NCBI GenBank assembly: GCA_963806855.1
Contig: CAWDYW010000003.1
Coordinates: 608,001-672,000 of the forward strand
Origin: an uncultured Verrucomicrobiae bacterium
Lineage (GTDB): Bacteria > Chlamydiota > Chlamydiia > Chlamydiales > Rhabdochlamydiaceae
Length of the DNA: 64,000 bases
Direction: 5' to 3'
Shown here: positions 13,681 to 23,682 of the stretch, piece after piece
Position numbering within the stretch: the stretch's first letter is position 1
How the letters are laid out: each line of letters starts with the position of its first letter
Translations under genes and position numbers: made by a program
The notes under the pieces: generated by a model
Told to the model about the DNA's origin: nothing
Databases searched by the model: none
What the model saw: the letters and a program-made list of their open reading frames with translations, nothing else

Positions 13681-14202
13681 ATGAAAGAATACGTGGCTTA
13701 TGAAGGGAATGAATTCACGATTGAGTGGTATTATAATGAAAAAGGGGAGTCGAATGCTCTGGAGTTTTTTCTAAAACAGTCAAAGGTTCAACAGCGGAGA
13801 GCGTTAGGTCTCTTTAAATTAATGGGTGATCTGGGAAAAGTTTTTGATAAAACCAAATTTAGGAATGAAGAGGATAAAATTTACGCTTTTAAACCCCAGC
13901 CTGATCGTTATTTATGCTTTTTCTTTCGAGGGAAGAAAATAATTGTAACCAATGCTTTTACGAAGAAAACTCAGAAACTCCCAGACGGAGAAAAAGATCT
14001 AGCGCTTAAAGCATTTGCAAGCTATGAAAAAAGAGTTATACCGAAACAAACTGAAGAATCGGTTTTCGATGGCGTCGGCTTGGCTACAAATTTTGGGTCT
14101 TCGCTCGCGCCGCAGTTTAGAACAATGTCGCTCGCTCCAGACTCGAAAATTTGTGCCGCCTCCTTGTCGAATTCCCGATTCTTCAGGTTGTTTCGGTATT
14201 AG
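13681..14202 (+). CDS. Type II TA toxin, RelE/ParE (Gp49-like) family; C-terminus encoded by an inserted MITE
   Basis: IEWYYNEKGES, KIYAFKPQPDRYLCFFF, IIVTNAFTKKTQKLP are typical of this family. Lies directly upstream of an HTH gene. Confidence 0.85.
   Translation: MKEYVAYEGNEFTIEWYYNEKGESNALEFFLKQSKVQQRRALGLFKLMGDLGKVFDKTKFRNEEDKIYAFKPQPDRYLCFFFRGKKIIVTNAFTKKTQKLPDGEKDLALKAFASYEKRVIPKQTEESVFDGVGLATNFGSSLAPQFRTMSLAPDSKICAASLSNSRFFRLFRY
14041..14196 (+). mobile_element. 156-bp palindromic MITE, copy A
   Basis: Terminal inverted repeats CCGAAACAA.CTGAAGAATCGG, TA on both flanks, homologous copies at 40711, 42306 and 59140. Confidence 0.9.
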
Positions 14203-14215
14203 GAGAAATCATATT

Positions 14216-14524
14216 ATGAAGAAGAAAGCTAAATCGACATACGAAAAATTCATAGAAGACAAAAAGCAAAAAAGACTCCTAAATAGAGAATATAGAGAAC
14301 TATTAATATCTGAACTGTTGCTTGCTGCTATGGAAGAAGATCATCTCTCGGTGAGAAAATTGGCTGCAGAAGCGGAAGTATCCCCTACAATCATTCAAAG
14401 TTTAAAATCCGGCAAGAAGACCAATATCACAATTGATACTTTATCAAGAATCTTAGACGTGATTGACTATCAGATTGTTCTGGTCCCTAAAAAAGGGACT
14501 GGAAAGCGACTGAAGATGGCTTGA
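14216..14524 (+). CDS. XRE-family HTH antitoxin
   Basis: LSVRKLAAEAEVSPTIIQSLKSGK HTH; AGGAG upstream; follows the RelE-like toxin. Confidence 0.85.
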   Translation: MKKKAKSTYEKFIEDKKQKRLLNREYRELLISELLLAAMEEDHLSVRKLAAEAEVSPTIIQSLKSGKKTNITIDTLSRILDVIDYQIVLVPKKGTGKRLKMA

Positions 14525-15292
14525 TCTAAATTTTTCCAGCCACTCCTCAGAAACGCCTGCCTTTAGCCGATTCTCCTCTTGGAAGATCGGCCCTCTGGCT
14601 CGCGTTGGGGGCAAATTGGGTGGAAGAGCTTTAATCCATGCGTCCCATTGGGGGAGGCCTGGATCTTTAAGCTTTTTCAGCCAGTTCCAGCCGAAGGAGA
14701 CGTGAGCGATTTCATCCCTCAAAATCTGCTGCATTAGCTGTGCCGATTGCTCATCGTCATTAGCGGAGAAGGCGGCTCCATAGAGGGGGGCGAAGTCGAG
14801 GTTGGCCATCTCGAAGGTGAGGCTCATCACGCTGATATATTGATCTGGGGTGCGTAGGTGGGGTGTATAGGCCCAGAAGTGCTTATAGAGAGGGAGATCG
14901 CCAAATTTCATCCCTAATCGTTCTAATTGGGCAATATAGAGGCGGACATGCTCTTGCTCTTCGCGCAGGGTGTTGGCGACGCCGCGGCGGAAGTGCTTGG
15001 GGGCGTCTGGATAGGCGAGGAGGGCGTAGGCCATGATCTCGACTGCGAGCAGCTCGTGGCCGGCAAAACGGTGGAGGCAAGCAGCTCGGTTATCAGGTTT
15101 ATGCAACTCGTGCAGCTTGGGGAGTTTGTCTTTGCGGCAGTGCTTGTGAAAATGCATGCCATTGGGGCGGGTCGGCTCTTTCCAAAAAACTGAAGAGCCT
15201 GGCTCATTGTCGGTCAATGCTCCAGGCTCTAGAAGTTTTTCAGCAAGTGTATCGGCGCTCAGGATGCGCGTTGCCCACTCACGGAGTTCCAT
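14453..15292 (-). CDS. Ferritin-like domain protein (DUF455 family)
   Basis: LHRFAGHELLA, EEQEH, FEMANLD and DEIAHVSFG diiron-type motifs. Confidence 0.75.
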   Translation of the reverse strand: MELREWATRILSADTLAEKLLEPGALTDNEPGSSVFWKEPTRPNGMHFHKHCRKDKLPKLHELHKPDNRAACLHRFAGHELLAVEIMAYALLAYPDAPKHFRRGVANTLREEQEHVRLYIAQLERLGMKFGDLPLYKHFWAYTPHLRTPDQYISVMSLTFEMANLDFAPLYGAAFSANDDEQSAQLMQQILRDEIAHVSFGWNWLKKLKDPGLPQWDAWIKALPPNLPPTRARGPIFQEENRLKAGVSEEWLEKFRSSHLQSLSSPFFRDQNNLIVNHV

Positions 15293-15300
15293 AGGAAGTT

Positions 15301-16501
15301 TTATTCCACTTCAAGGACATAATAGGCGGGGAAGGCGAAGTTATGATTTGATCGAGGAGAGCAAATCAAGGTCACCTTTTTACCTACATAATCTTCGAGG
15401 TTGACAACAGTACTATAGACATATGCGACGGGAAGATTTTTATTCTTCACAACAAAGTCGCCAGGTCGATTTTTCACTGGTGTCTTATAGGCTTCAACAA
15501 CGCCTGAAATCGTCGCAGCTGCGAGCCTTTGCTCTTCATAGAAGCTCTCTTTCTCTTGCTGATCGTGCAGAGCTGCCCAATTGGAGTAGAGTCCTTGTTC
15601 GATGTTCTCCCACATGTGGACTTCCTTGACTGCTTTGGAGCGCGACAGTTTGTCCGGAAGAGGTGCTGATAGGGGAGCCAACGGAAGCTTTTTGCTCAAG
15701 GTAGGCGATCCGTTTTTGCAGGTATTCATCTTGGACTGTAGCCAGGGATTCTTTCGCTTTTTCAGCTACTTGCGGGAAGTCGTTATAGTCGTTGATAACG
15801 GTTAAAAATCCTTGCTTGACTCGCTCAAAGTTGATCTCTTCAAAGGGGTTTTGCATTTCTGATTGAGAAAAGAGTCTGGCTGCTTCGAAATATTGCTCGA
15901 CAGTGTGCTTGCGATTTTCCATTTTCGCTTTATATTCAGGGCCGCCTGCTTTTTCAATGAAGTCTTTGGCGACATAGAAATGGGTATTGGCTGGTGGGGA
16001 GATTTCGAGCCATTTCTTATTCGCTTCGCTGACGATGCCTTCTACTCTGTCTCCAGAATTGAGGTGGCCGATCACAGGAGCTTCAAGATCAGGTTCAAGG
16101 CGGACGTTGACTCGGTTGCCCTCGACGACATTGTCGATCACAAAGCTGCGGAACACATAAGCTTTAAATGATTCAGGTGGCTCGATGGCGTAAAAGTCGC
16201 CCTCTTGGTTGGTCACTTTGATAAAATCATTTTTCACCAGCTCTTTGACGATGTGGCCATTGAGGTCGGGCTGAAGACGCATTCTCACTTTATTGGCAAC
16301 TACTCTGCCAGTGAAAGGGGAAAAGACTGTTTTCACCACCGGGCGACGAGGAGATTGTCCATCTGTCTGCGCGGTGAGTTGGATATCTGAGACATCGATT
16401 TGAATTTCGCTCATTTGAGTTTCTTGTGGAGCGACGGGATTTATCTCTGCAAATCCCATGGTAAATGTCAGCGTGCTCAATAAAGCAAAAATTTTTGACA
16501 T
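15301..16501 (-). CDS. Secreted double-SH3 protein (chlamydial CT017/Ctad1-like); frameshift near 15640
   Basis: Signal peptide; PFTGRVVANKVRMRLQPDL and VNVRLEPDLEAPVIGHL SH3b repeats; C-terminal PRSNHNFAFPAYYVL; near the CT016-like gene and phoH. Confidence 0.8.
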
Positions 16502-16611
16502 AGCTAAAGGGTCCTCCTGATCATGCAACTTTAGGAAAACCCATTCTAGAAATTCGTCGGTTTAATGGCTATCAATTTTTGTTAGAGGAATTAATAACAC
16601 CCAAGTTGCCA

Positions 16612-16930
16612 CCTAAAAAGTGAGAAAGGAAATCGTGAACGCGGTAATCAAGATCATCAATTTGAGGATAAGGCCCCTGATTTGTATACTGCATGGATAC
16701 GTCTTGGGAGCCGACTAACCATTTGCTAAAGGCCGATTCGATCTGTTTTCGTATCCTTTTTCCATAGCGAAAATAAAGCAAACTCTGCCCTCTTTTCGCA
16801 TTACACTGTCTCTCGGCTAATAGGAGTATGTCCTTATAATGTCGATCCATGAGGGAGAGTCCCCAGATACATTTTTTGTAAAACCGATAGGTCATGTGAT
16901 GAGCCAGCAGAAATCGCAAATTCCTCAGGC
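16612..16930 (-). pseudogene. IS982-family transposase 3' remnant
   Basis: Fragments in different frames: AGSSHDLSVL, RIRKQIESAFS, LPRRIHAV, GLILKL. The stop abuts an ACCC-starting inverted repeat. Confidence 0.75.
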
Positions 16931-16959
16931 CTGTAAACCAAGTCTTCTTGCTCGCATTA

Positions 16960-16993
16960 TATCCTCAACAACTCGAAGAATCGGGAATACGAC
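16960..16993 (-). mobile_element. Degenerate single end of the 156-bp MITE
   Basis: ACAACTCGAAGAATCGGGAATACGACA resembles the reverse complement of the MITE right end. Confidence 0.55.
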
Positions 16994-17135
16994 ATCGACG
17001 TCAAAAAAAATCTTGTATCAATAGATTTCTTTGCCTAAGCTTATATTTATTTTGAGTGGAACATAGCACTATGTTTACAGGAGATGAATGCTCCTCGTGA
17101 AAATAGTGGAGTTTAAAAAAACAAATTGAGGAAAT

Positions 17136-18828
17136 ATGTGCAAAAAAGCATTAACAAGCATTTTTTTTAGTCTTGTGATGGCCTTTAGCAGCCTATGTGC
17201 TGACGCAGGTCATATTGAATACGATTATATCATCATAGGAAATGGTACGGCAGGTGCGGTCCTGGCTAGAAAACTGTCAGATAATAATAAGCACTCCGTT
17301 TTAGTCCTTGAGGCTGGTGTCAATCAAGATAATGATCCTGTCGTCTTAAATACAGGCATAAACCTGCTTTTTTCAGATTTGACAAGTTTGACGTACAATC
17401 CTACATATGCGGAAACTTATGCCGTAGCTGTTTTTAACCCTCTAGAAGCTGTCGTTTATTCCGAAGGAAGGGGCTGGGGAGGCAGCAGCAAACACAATTA
17501 TATGCAAGTTGTGAGGGGAACTCCAGGCATCTACAATCAATGGGCGGCCATTTCAGGCAATTCTCTTTGGGCCTATAACAATTTACTCCCCATGATGCTT
17601 GCTCTCGAAAATTACACCCCCTGTATGACTACGGCTAACCCTGCGCAACGAGGAACAGGCGGACCCATTAGCATGACCCAAACTCTTCCAGTGAATAGCG
17701 ATTTTCTGGGAAACCAACTGGCGGCGGCTACCGGGACGCCATTTGTTGCCGATATTAACGACTATACAGAGGGTCTTCTTGGGATTTCAGCCTTTCAAAT
17801 GTTTGCGACAGCAACTGCACCTTGTACACCTGGCCAACGAAGCTTTTCTTCAAATGAATTTTTACCTCCTTCCGTCGTTACACCTACTGAGATGGGCGGC
17901 ACTGGAACAGGCAAGAGATTATTACGCATCGCATCAAATTCGTATGTCGATTCAATCATTTTTCATGGCAAAAAAGCGGTTGGGGTCAGATTTATCTATA
18001 ACGATCAACCCGAAAAAATACTTAAAGCCTATGGCAAAAAAATCATTCTTTGCGCTGGGTCTGTCAATAGCCCTGCAATTTTGCAAAGATCAGGAATCGG
18101 CGATCCAGCTGTTCTTGAACCATTAGGGATCAAAGTCCTTGTAGACAATCCTAATGTCGGGGCGAATTTGAATAATCAGTACGGAGGCAATGCCATTGCC
18201 ATAACTAGTACAACCGCCCTGCCATTTTTACAAGCGTTCATCAATGGAAGCGGCACCCCAGCTCTTGCTCCTCCTTTTAACTATCCAAATGATTCGAATC
18301 GAAGGGTTCAAATCGATGCCTTTCAAATCGCTCCGGGGCTCTGCGAGCTGCTTGCTTTTCTTTTAGAGCCTAACAGTCGGGGATCTGTCCAAATCGTCAG
18401 TAGAAATCCTTTGGTGCAACCCAAGATCAATTTAAATATGTATACCGATGGTCCCGTAACGACCTTAGGAACGGATGCCAATTTAACTGTCGCATCTTAC
18501 ATGTTGATTGCACAGGCCGTAGGATTATCAAATATGATCTTCCCATCTCCTGCCCAATTTGCGCAGCCCTGACGCACTGCTTGCTGCTGCCATGACCGCG
18601 AGCGGTATTACAGCAGAGAGCCACATTGTATCAACTGCCAGGATGGGTATTTCGAGCGCCACTGCAGTTGTCGATGGAGATCTTAATGTCTTTGGAGTTG
18701 AAAACCTAATGGTCGCAGATGCCAGTGTAATCCCTGTCATGCCAGATGGGAACATCTGCTATGCCGTCTATATGATTGCCTTAGGAGCAGCTGCAATTTT
18801 AGGAGTTCCAACTCCTCCTGCTCTCTAG
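17136..18828 (+). CDS. Secreted GMC-family FAD oxidoreductase; frameshift near 18570
   Basis: Signal peptide; YDYIIIGNGTAG, VLVLEAG, GRGWGGSS, ILCAGSVNSPAILQRSGIG, PNVGANL; C-terminal SH...ARMG, VADASVIP, DGN. Confidence 0.9.
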
Positions 18829-18848
18829 ATAGAATTTTTGCTTAAGCT

Positions 18849-18880
18849 AGCCATGGTTCACAGCGATGTGAATCATGGCT
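18849..18880. terminator. Hairpin between convergent genes, probable terminator
   Basis: AGCCATGGTTCACA-GCGA-TGTGAATCATGGCT followed by a T run. Confidence 0.7.
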
Positions 18881-18886
18881 TTTGTA

Positions 18887-19570
18887 TTACCACTTGAAAC
18901 CTAACCCGCCGCCAACAAAAAAGCCGGTAAAATTTCCACTCATGCTGTGAATGTGATCATGTATATGCCCAAAAGGGGTGTAATAAAAATCACCGAAGGC
19001 ATCTAAAAAGAAGTTTCTGCAGAAAGTATAGCGAAATCCTGTTTTTGTCGTTACGCCAAATTGACTCTTGTGCTTATGAGTGGTGCTAAACCCGTCTTTA
19101 TTCTGAATAAGCAACCAGCTATAGGTCGGACCCACTCCTACATAGAAATCGAGGTTCCCACAGAGATTATACTCATATTCTAAACCTAAACTTATAGGGA
19201 GTAAGTGAAGATGTGAATGAAAACGAAAACCCTCTGTTACTCCTGTCGCAAATGTCCAGCCGAGATTCCCCCAAAGCAAGAGTCGACCGCAGTCCCACGA
19301 ACACATGCTGTAGGAAGCTTCGAGTTCTACTGTTGGCAGAGCAGTCCCGTAAATTTCACGTATATGCGATTGCAATGGGAAATAAGCTGCACCCCGGGCT
19401 TGTAAACTCCAGCTGGGCGGACAGCACTCATCGAAGCAAGGTGAACAACATTCTTGCACTGCATTAAAACCGTCTTCTCCTGTTAAATGGCTGCTATCGG
19501 CTTCTTCAGCAGATATCGCCATAGGGATAGCAAAAGCTGTTAGAATTGACAAGAAATATAAATTTTTCAT
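18887..19570 (-). CDS. Small Cys-rich outer-membrane beta-barrel protein
   Basis: Signal peptide, ECCSPCFDECCPP, alternating amphipathic strands, C-terminal GLGFKW. Confidence 0.75.
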   Translation of the reverse strand: MKNLYFLSILTAFAIPMAISAEEADSSHLTGEDGFNAVQECCSPCFDECCPPSWSLQARGAAYFPLQSHIREIYGTALPTVELEASYSMCSWDCGRLLLWGNLGWTFATGVTEGFRFHSHLHLLPISLGLEYEYNLCGNLDFYVGVGPTYSWLLIQNKDGFSTTHKHKSQFGVTTKTGFRYTFCRNFFLDAFGDFYYTPFGHIHDHIHSMSGNFTGFFVGGGLGFKW

Positions 19571-19783
19571 AAATATGGCTCCTTTTAAACCATATTTGAT
19601 AAATACAAAAAAGAAATTTTTAATGCAATTATTTTTTTTAAATTTGGGTTGTTGACTACTTCTATATGGGCAATTTCGACAAAAAACCGGTGCATTTTTC
19701 TGCAGTGTCTAAATGGCTTTTGCCACCCCTTAAAATTGGCAGAAGCTTTACAAAAAATGTCACTTTTTAGGTGGCAACTTGGG

Positions 19784-20497
19784 TTAAGAATTTAAGACTG
19801 CTCGGATGTGCTCGCAATTGCAAGCGCCGCAGGTGCAGCCAACGGGACTGCCTAAATAGACATTATATTGTTCGCCGGAGTTGAGCGGATTGCTGACGAT
19901 GTAGAGTTTGTCTCCCGCTTGGCGGATGTCCCAATCGCGGAAACTTAGATCTTGATCGCTCACCTCTTCTTCAGGGTGCTCTTGCTCAGGTTCCTGGTGG
20001 AAGACCCGCATGATCTGGCAGTGCATGCAATTGCAATGAGGCTCTGCTTTGGGAAAATTGTCGGGATTTTCAAAGCCGATCGCTTTGGTTAAGCTGGCGA
20101 TTTTCTCAAGCACCTCTTTAGGTAGGTCGGGACTGTCGGCAGCTTCTGAATTGTGCTGCAGGAGGTTGCCCATGTTACCTCCCTCAATTCCAAATCGGAG
20201 AGGGAAGCTCAGCAGGCCGCCCCCTTCGATATTCATCCCAGGGAGGATGGTGGGGGGAGGTGGATTCTTTTGAGGTTGAATGCTTGCGACTTCTTGTTCG
20301 AGATGTTTTTGATGGGCGTTAAAAATCGCCTCCATCTCGGAGGATTCTAAATGGGGGATTTCAATCGTCGATCCGTTTACGAGGCCGATAACGAGGATCG
20401 GGTGGCCTTCTCTTCGATCCAGATGGAGCGAGAGGACGTTTTTCCAGGAGGTGGAGATATAAGGAGGGATGCTTAGAATTTTTTGATTTACTTTCAT
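19784..20497 (-). CDS. Conserved chlamydial protein (CT016-like) with putative Zn-binding motifs
   Basis: ILSIPPYISTSW, EPHCNCMHCQI, GCTCGACNCEHIRAVL; divergent from phoH. Confidence 0.8.
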   Translation of the reverse strand: MKVNQKILSIPPYISTSWKNVLSLHLDRREGHPILVIGLVNGSTIEIPHLESSEMEAIFNAHQKHLEQEVASIQPQKNPPPPTILPGMNIEGGGLLSFPLRFGIEGGNMGNLLQHNSEAADSPDLPKEVLEKIASLTKAIGFENPDNFPKAEPHCNCMHCQIMRVFHQEPEQEHPEEEVSDQDLSFRDWDIRQAGDKLYIVSNPLNSGEQYNVYLGSPVGCTCGACNCEHIRAVLNS

Positions 20498-20529
20498 ATT
20501 TAAGTCCTATTGGGTAGGTCTATAACTAG

Positions 20530-20559
20530 ATTATAATTGAAAGGTGTATCTTTTGTCAA
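20530..20559 (-). promoter_or_regulatory. Sigma70/66-type promoter of the CT016-like gene
   Basis: TTGACA-18bp-TATAAT on the minus strand. Confidence 0.65.
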
Positions 20560-20693
20560 CGAAATCTAGCAGTCTTGTGTTTTGTTTGCTGAAAACTTTA
20601 TTTAAGTCGTTTAACATAAGTGTGATAAAAAAAAGATTGTCACAAGTGCAACTGGCCGTTATGCTCCAAAAAGGAACAGAGGAGCTCTAAATA

Positions 20694-22004
20694 GTGTCTA
20701 AAACCATCTATGTCATCGATACCAACGTTTTTCTTCATGATCCTTACGCAATCGATACCTTCAAAAATAGTGAAATTGTCATTCCACTGGGCGTCCTGGA
20801 GGAGCTCGATGATTTAAAACGGTTTACCGATGAGAGGGGTAAAAATGCCCGCTTTCTCCTCCGCTTTATCAATGGTCTGAAAGGGCAGGGAGGCGATCTC
20901 ATTCATGGAGTGGAATCGAAGAATGGCAATACGGTTAGAATTGTCTATACGATAGAGCCGATAGATAAGGCGCAATTTCCTCTTCCGCTTGAGCGGGCGA
21001 ACAATAAGTTGATCATGGCCTATCAGATCGCCCAAAAAAATCCGAAAGTGGTTTTCATTTCGAAAGATCTGGTGATGCGGATCAAAGCTGAGGCGATCGG
21101 ATTGAAAGCCGAGGATTATGAGAATCTCAAATTCTCCTATGATAAGATCTATAAAGGATACCGAAAAATCGAGGTGCCCAAAAATCAGATCGATATGTTT
21201 TTTAAAGATGGGCAAATCGATGTCAGTACTGAAGGATTCCGCCCAAATGAATTCTGCATGATGAATTCTCCTGAGAAGTCGTCAGCGGTTGCACGTTTCA
21301 ATCAGAAGACCAAAAAACTTGAGCCGCTCATCAAAGTGACGCAAGATATCTGGGGGATTTTGCCGCTCAATCTCGAGCAAAAGTGTGCGCTTGATCTTCT
21401 CTTACGCGATGATATTAAGTTGGTCACTTTGGTCGGCCCTGCTGGAACGGGTAAGACGATGCTCACTCTTGCCGTAGCGCTGCGCAAGGTATTTGATGAA
21501 GGGCTCTATTCGCGGATTCTCGTCAGTAGACCGATTGTCCCACTTGGAAAAGACATCGGCTATTTGCCCGGAACTAAAGAAGAGAAGTTGATCCACTGGA
21601 TGCAGCCAATCTATGATAACTTGGAATTTCTTTGCTCCGCCGGTGCCAAATCGGAAGAAGGGGGAGGGGAAACGCAATCCTACATCATGGAGAGCGGCAA
21701 AATTGAGATGGAGGCTGTCACCTATATCCGAGGTCGATCGCTCCCCAAAATGTTCATCATTGTCGACGAGGCGCAAAACCTGACGCCGCATGAAGCCAAG
21801 ACGATCATCTCCCGTGCAGGTCAAGGGACAAAAGTGGTCTTCACCGGCGACCCAACGCAGATCGATAATCCCTATCTTGACAAAGATTCAAATGCGCTCA
21901 CATTCACTGTGGGCAAATTTGCTGAGCACAGCATTTTTGGGCACATGTTCTTAGAGCGAACTGAACGCTCCGAACTCGCTGCGCTTGCTGCAGAGATTAT
22001 GTAG
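20694..22004 (+). CDS. phoH: PIN-PhoH ATPase
   Basis: VIDTNVFLHDP PIN domain, GPAGTGKT, IGYLPG, YIRGRS, IVDEAQN, GDPTQID. Confidence 0.93.
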   Translation: MSKTIYVIDTNVFLHDPYAIDTFKNSEIVIPLGVLEELDDLKRFTDERGKNARFLLRFINGLKGQGGDLIHGVESKNGNTVRIVYTIEPIDKAQFPLPLERANNKLIMAYQIAQKNPKVVFISKDLVMRIKAEAIGLKAEDYENLKFSYDKIYKGYRKIEVPKNQIDMFFKDGQIDVSTEGFRPNEFCMMNSPEKSSAVARFNQKTKKLEPLIKVTQDIWGILPLNLEQKCALDLLLRDDIKLVTLVGPAGTGKTMLTLAVALRKVFDEGLYSRILVSRPIVPLGKDIGYLPGTKEEKLIHWMQPIYDNLEFLCSAGAKSEEGGGETQSYIMESGKIEMEAVTYIRGRSLPKMFIIVDEAQNLTPHEAKTIISRAGQGTKVVFTGDPTQIDNPYLDKDSNALTFTVGKFAEHSIFGHMFLERTERSELAALAAEIM

Positions 22005-22100
22005 TCGAAATTTTTGTAAAAGCCACTTCCAAAAAAAGAGCATTCATAATATCCTTCCTCCTTGTCGGTTGAAAAGTAGACTAATACCTAGGAGGATTCT

Positions 22101-23402
22101 ATGTTTGATTTAAGAAAAATGAGCAAAGCGCTCATTCCTTTATCTCTAATGACAATGGCCGGAGCGTTTGCCGAATCAGAAATTGCGGATAATTACTGCC
22201 CCACAACAAATTGTTGCCCACCAACATGCTGCAAACCTTGCTGCGTGCCCCAACCAAAAAAATGCATCGACTGCGAATGCTACAACCCACGATTTTACGA
22301 TCTTCAGTGCGATTGGGGTGTGTTTGCTACTGTAGATTTCCTTTATTGGTATGCAAGAGAGTCAAATCTCGAATTTGCGAATACAATTCAGTATACAGCT
22401 ACACCACCTGGTGGTCCAACTACTGACCAATTGGGATATGTTGTAAAACATCATTATCTCAAGTCGAAATGGGATGCAGGGGTCCGAGCAGGGCTTGGTT
22501 TGAATTCAGATTGTGATGGTTGGGATCTATTCCTAAATTGGACTTATTTTCATAACCATAAGAGTGGTTCGAAATCTGATCCTACCTTCACCACTACTAC
22601 TGATTTCACTGCAAATGGATTAATCAATGGGGTAAATGACCCTTGGGCATCTCCCATTGATAGTGGGGCTAATGGATTTCTTCAAATATTTGCTCCTCAA
22701 GTATCGTCAAAATGGTCACTGATTTTTAACCAGATCGATCTCGAGCTAGGTAAAAAATATTGGGTAAGCAAATGCTTTACTCTTAGACCTTATACCGGTC
22801 TACGAGGCGCATGGACACATACCAATTACTCTGTCGAGGCAAATAATCCATTAATTGTCACTGCGGGCAAAACGATCCCGACATTAACTTCTAGCACTGA
22901 TTTCAATAAATTTAGAAATAGATTTTGGGGGGTTGGGCTCCTTGGCGGATTGCAACCTCAGTTCGTCTTCGGCGATTGGTGCGGATGTGGGGTCTTCAGC
23001 CTTTATGGAAATGTAGAAGGCGCTCTCATTTGGGGAAAATTTCAAGGACATAATGCTCTTTTACATACAAAAAATCTCATAGATAATGTAACTGGGGTCG
23101 CTACTTTAATTTCTTCAACAAATCCAGTGGAGAAAGATAACTTTTCTCGTATGCAAGGGATTTTAGACCTTGGCTTCGGAATCCGTTGGGAAGAAACTTG
23201 GTGCTGCGATCGTTATATGACCTCGATTGACCTTGGTTGGGAACACCACTACTGGTTCGATTTTGGATTATATCATCGAACAATTGGAGGAACCTTCGTT
23301 AATGGACCAGTTGCCGCTATCGTTACTCCACTTGCAACAAATAACTTCGTGACTAATCTGGGCCTTGGTGGTCTAGTCGTCCGTTTCAGATTCGATTTCT
23401 AA
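22101..23402 (+). CDS. Cys-rich MOMP-like (Lpg1974-family) outer-membrane porin, copy 1
   Basis: Signal peptide, DFLYW, WDAGVRAGLG, DGWDL, IDLELG, LRPYTGLRGAW, GWEHHYW, C-terminal RFDF. Confidence 0.85.
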   Translation: MFDLRKMSKALIPLSLMTMAGAFAESEIADNYCPTTNCCPPTCCKPCCVPQPKKCIDCECYNPRFYDLQCDWGVFATVDFLYWYARESNLEFANTIQYTATPPGGPTTDQLGYVVKHHYLKSKWDAGVRAGLGLNSDCDGWDLFLNWTYFHNHKSGSKSDPTFTTTTDFTANGLINGVNDPWASPIDSGANGFLQIFAPQVSSKWSLIFNQIDLELGKKYWVSKCFTLRPYTGLRGAWTHTNYSVEANNPLIVTAGKTIPTLTSSTDFNKFRNRFWGVGLLGGLQPQFVFGDWCGCGVFSLYGNVEGALIWGKFQGHNALLHTKNLIDNVTGVATLISSTNPVEKDNFSRMQGILDLGFGIRWEETWCCDRYMTSIDLGWEHHYWFDFGLYHRTIGGTFVNGPVAAIVTPLATNNFVTNLGLGGLVVRFRFDF

Positions 23403-23410
23403 TCTAGAAG

Positions 23411-23573
23411 ATGGGAGCGGTCACCTATATTCGAGGCCGATCGCTCCCTATGCCAAAACAACTTGAAGAATTCCCGGTTCTTCAAGTTGTTTCGTTATAA
23501 AATGTTCATCATTGTCGGTGAGGCGCAAAACCTCTAAAGACAAAGGTGGTCTTCACCGGCAACCCAACGCAGA
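23411..23573 (+). pseudogene. Decayed duplicate of a phoH 3' segment, interrupted by a collapsed MITE
   Basis: Blocks GTCACCTATATTCGAGGCCGATCGCTCCC, AAAATGTTCATCATTGTCG..GAGGCGCAAAACCT and GTGGTCTTCACCGGCAACCCAACGCAGA match phoH 21708-21861. Confidence 0.85.
23451..23497. mobile_element. Collapsed MITE (terminal inverted repeats only)
   Basis: AAACAACTTGAAGAA-TTCCCGG-TTCTTCAAGTTGTTT. Confidence 0.8.
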
Positions 23574-23682
23574 AAACATCAGAACAGATGCGAAGCGAAA
23601 AAAAATCTTCCAAAAAAAGTGCAAACACAATATCCTCTCTTTCTAATTGGTTGCCAATAGACTAATACCCAGGAGGATATCT

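Larger units (their letters stand above)
16599..19784. mobile_element. IS982-ended element carrying cargo genes
   Basis: Perfect 25-bp inverted repeat ACCCAAGTTGCCACCTAAAAAGTGA at 16599-16623 and 19760-19784, with a transposase remnant running into the left repeat. Confidence 0.75.

Noticed and set aside
14015..14215. Long N-terminal extension of the antitoxin in the ORF track
   Set aside because: It is an open frame through the MITE. The RBS-supported start is ATG 14216.
23451..23497. MITE as the cause of the porin tandem duplication
   Set aside because: It sits inside the duplicated phoH relic rather than at the junction, so it probably inserted afterwards.
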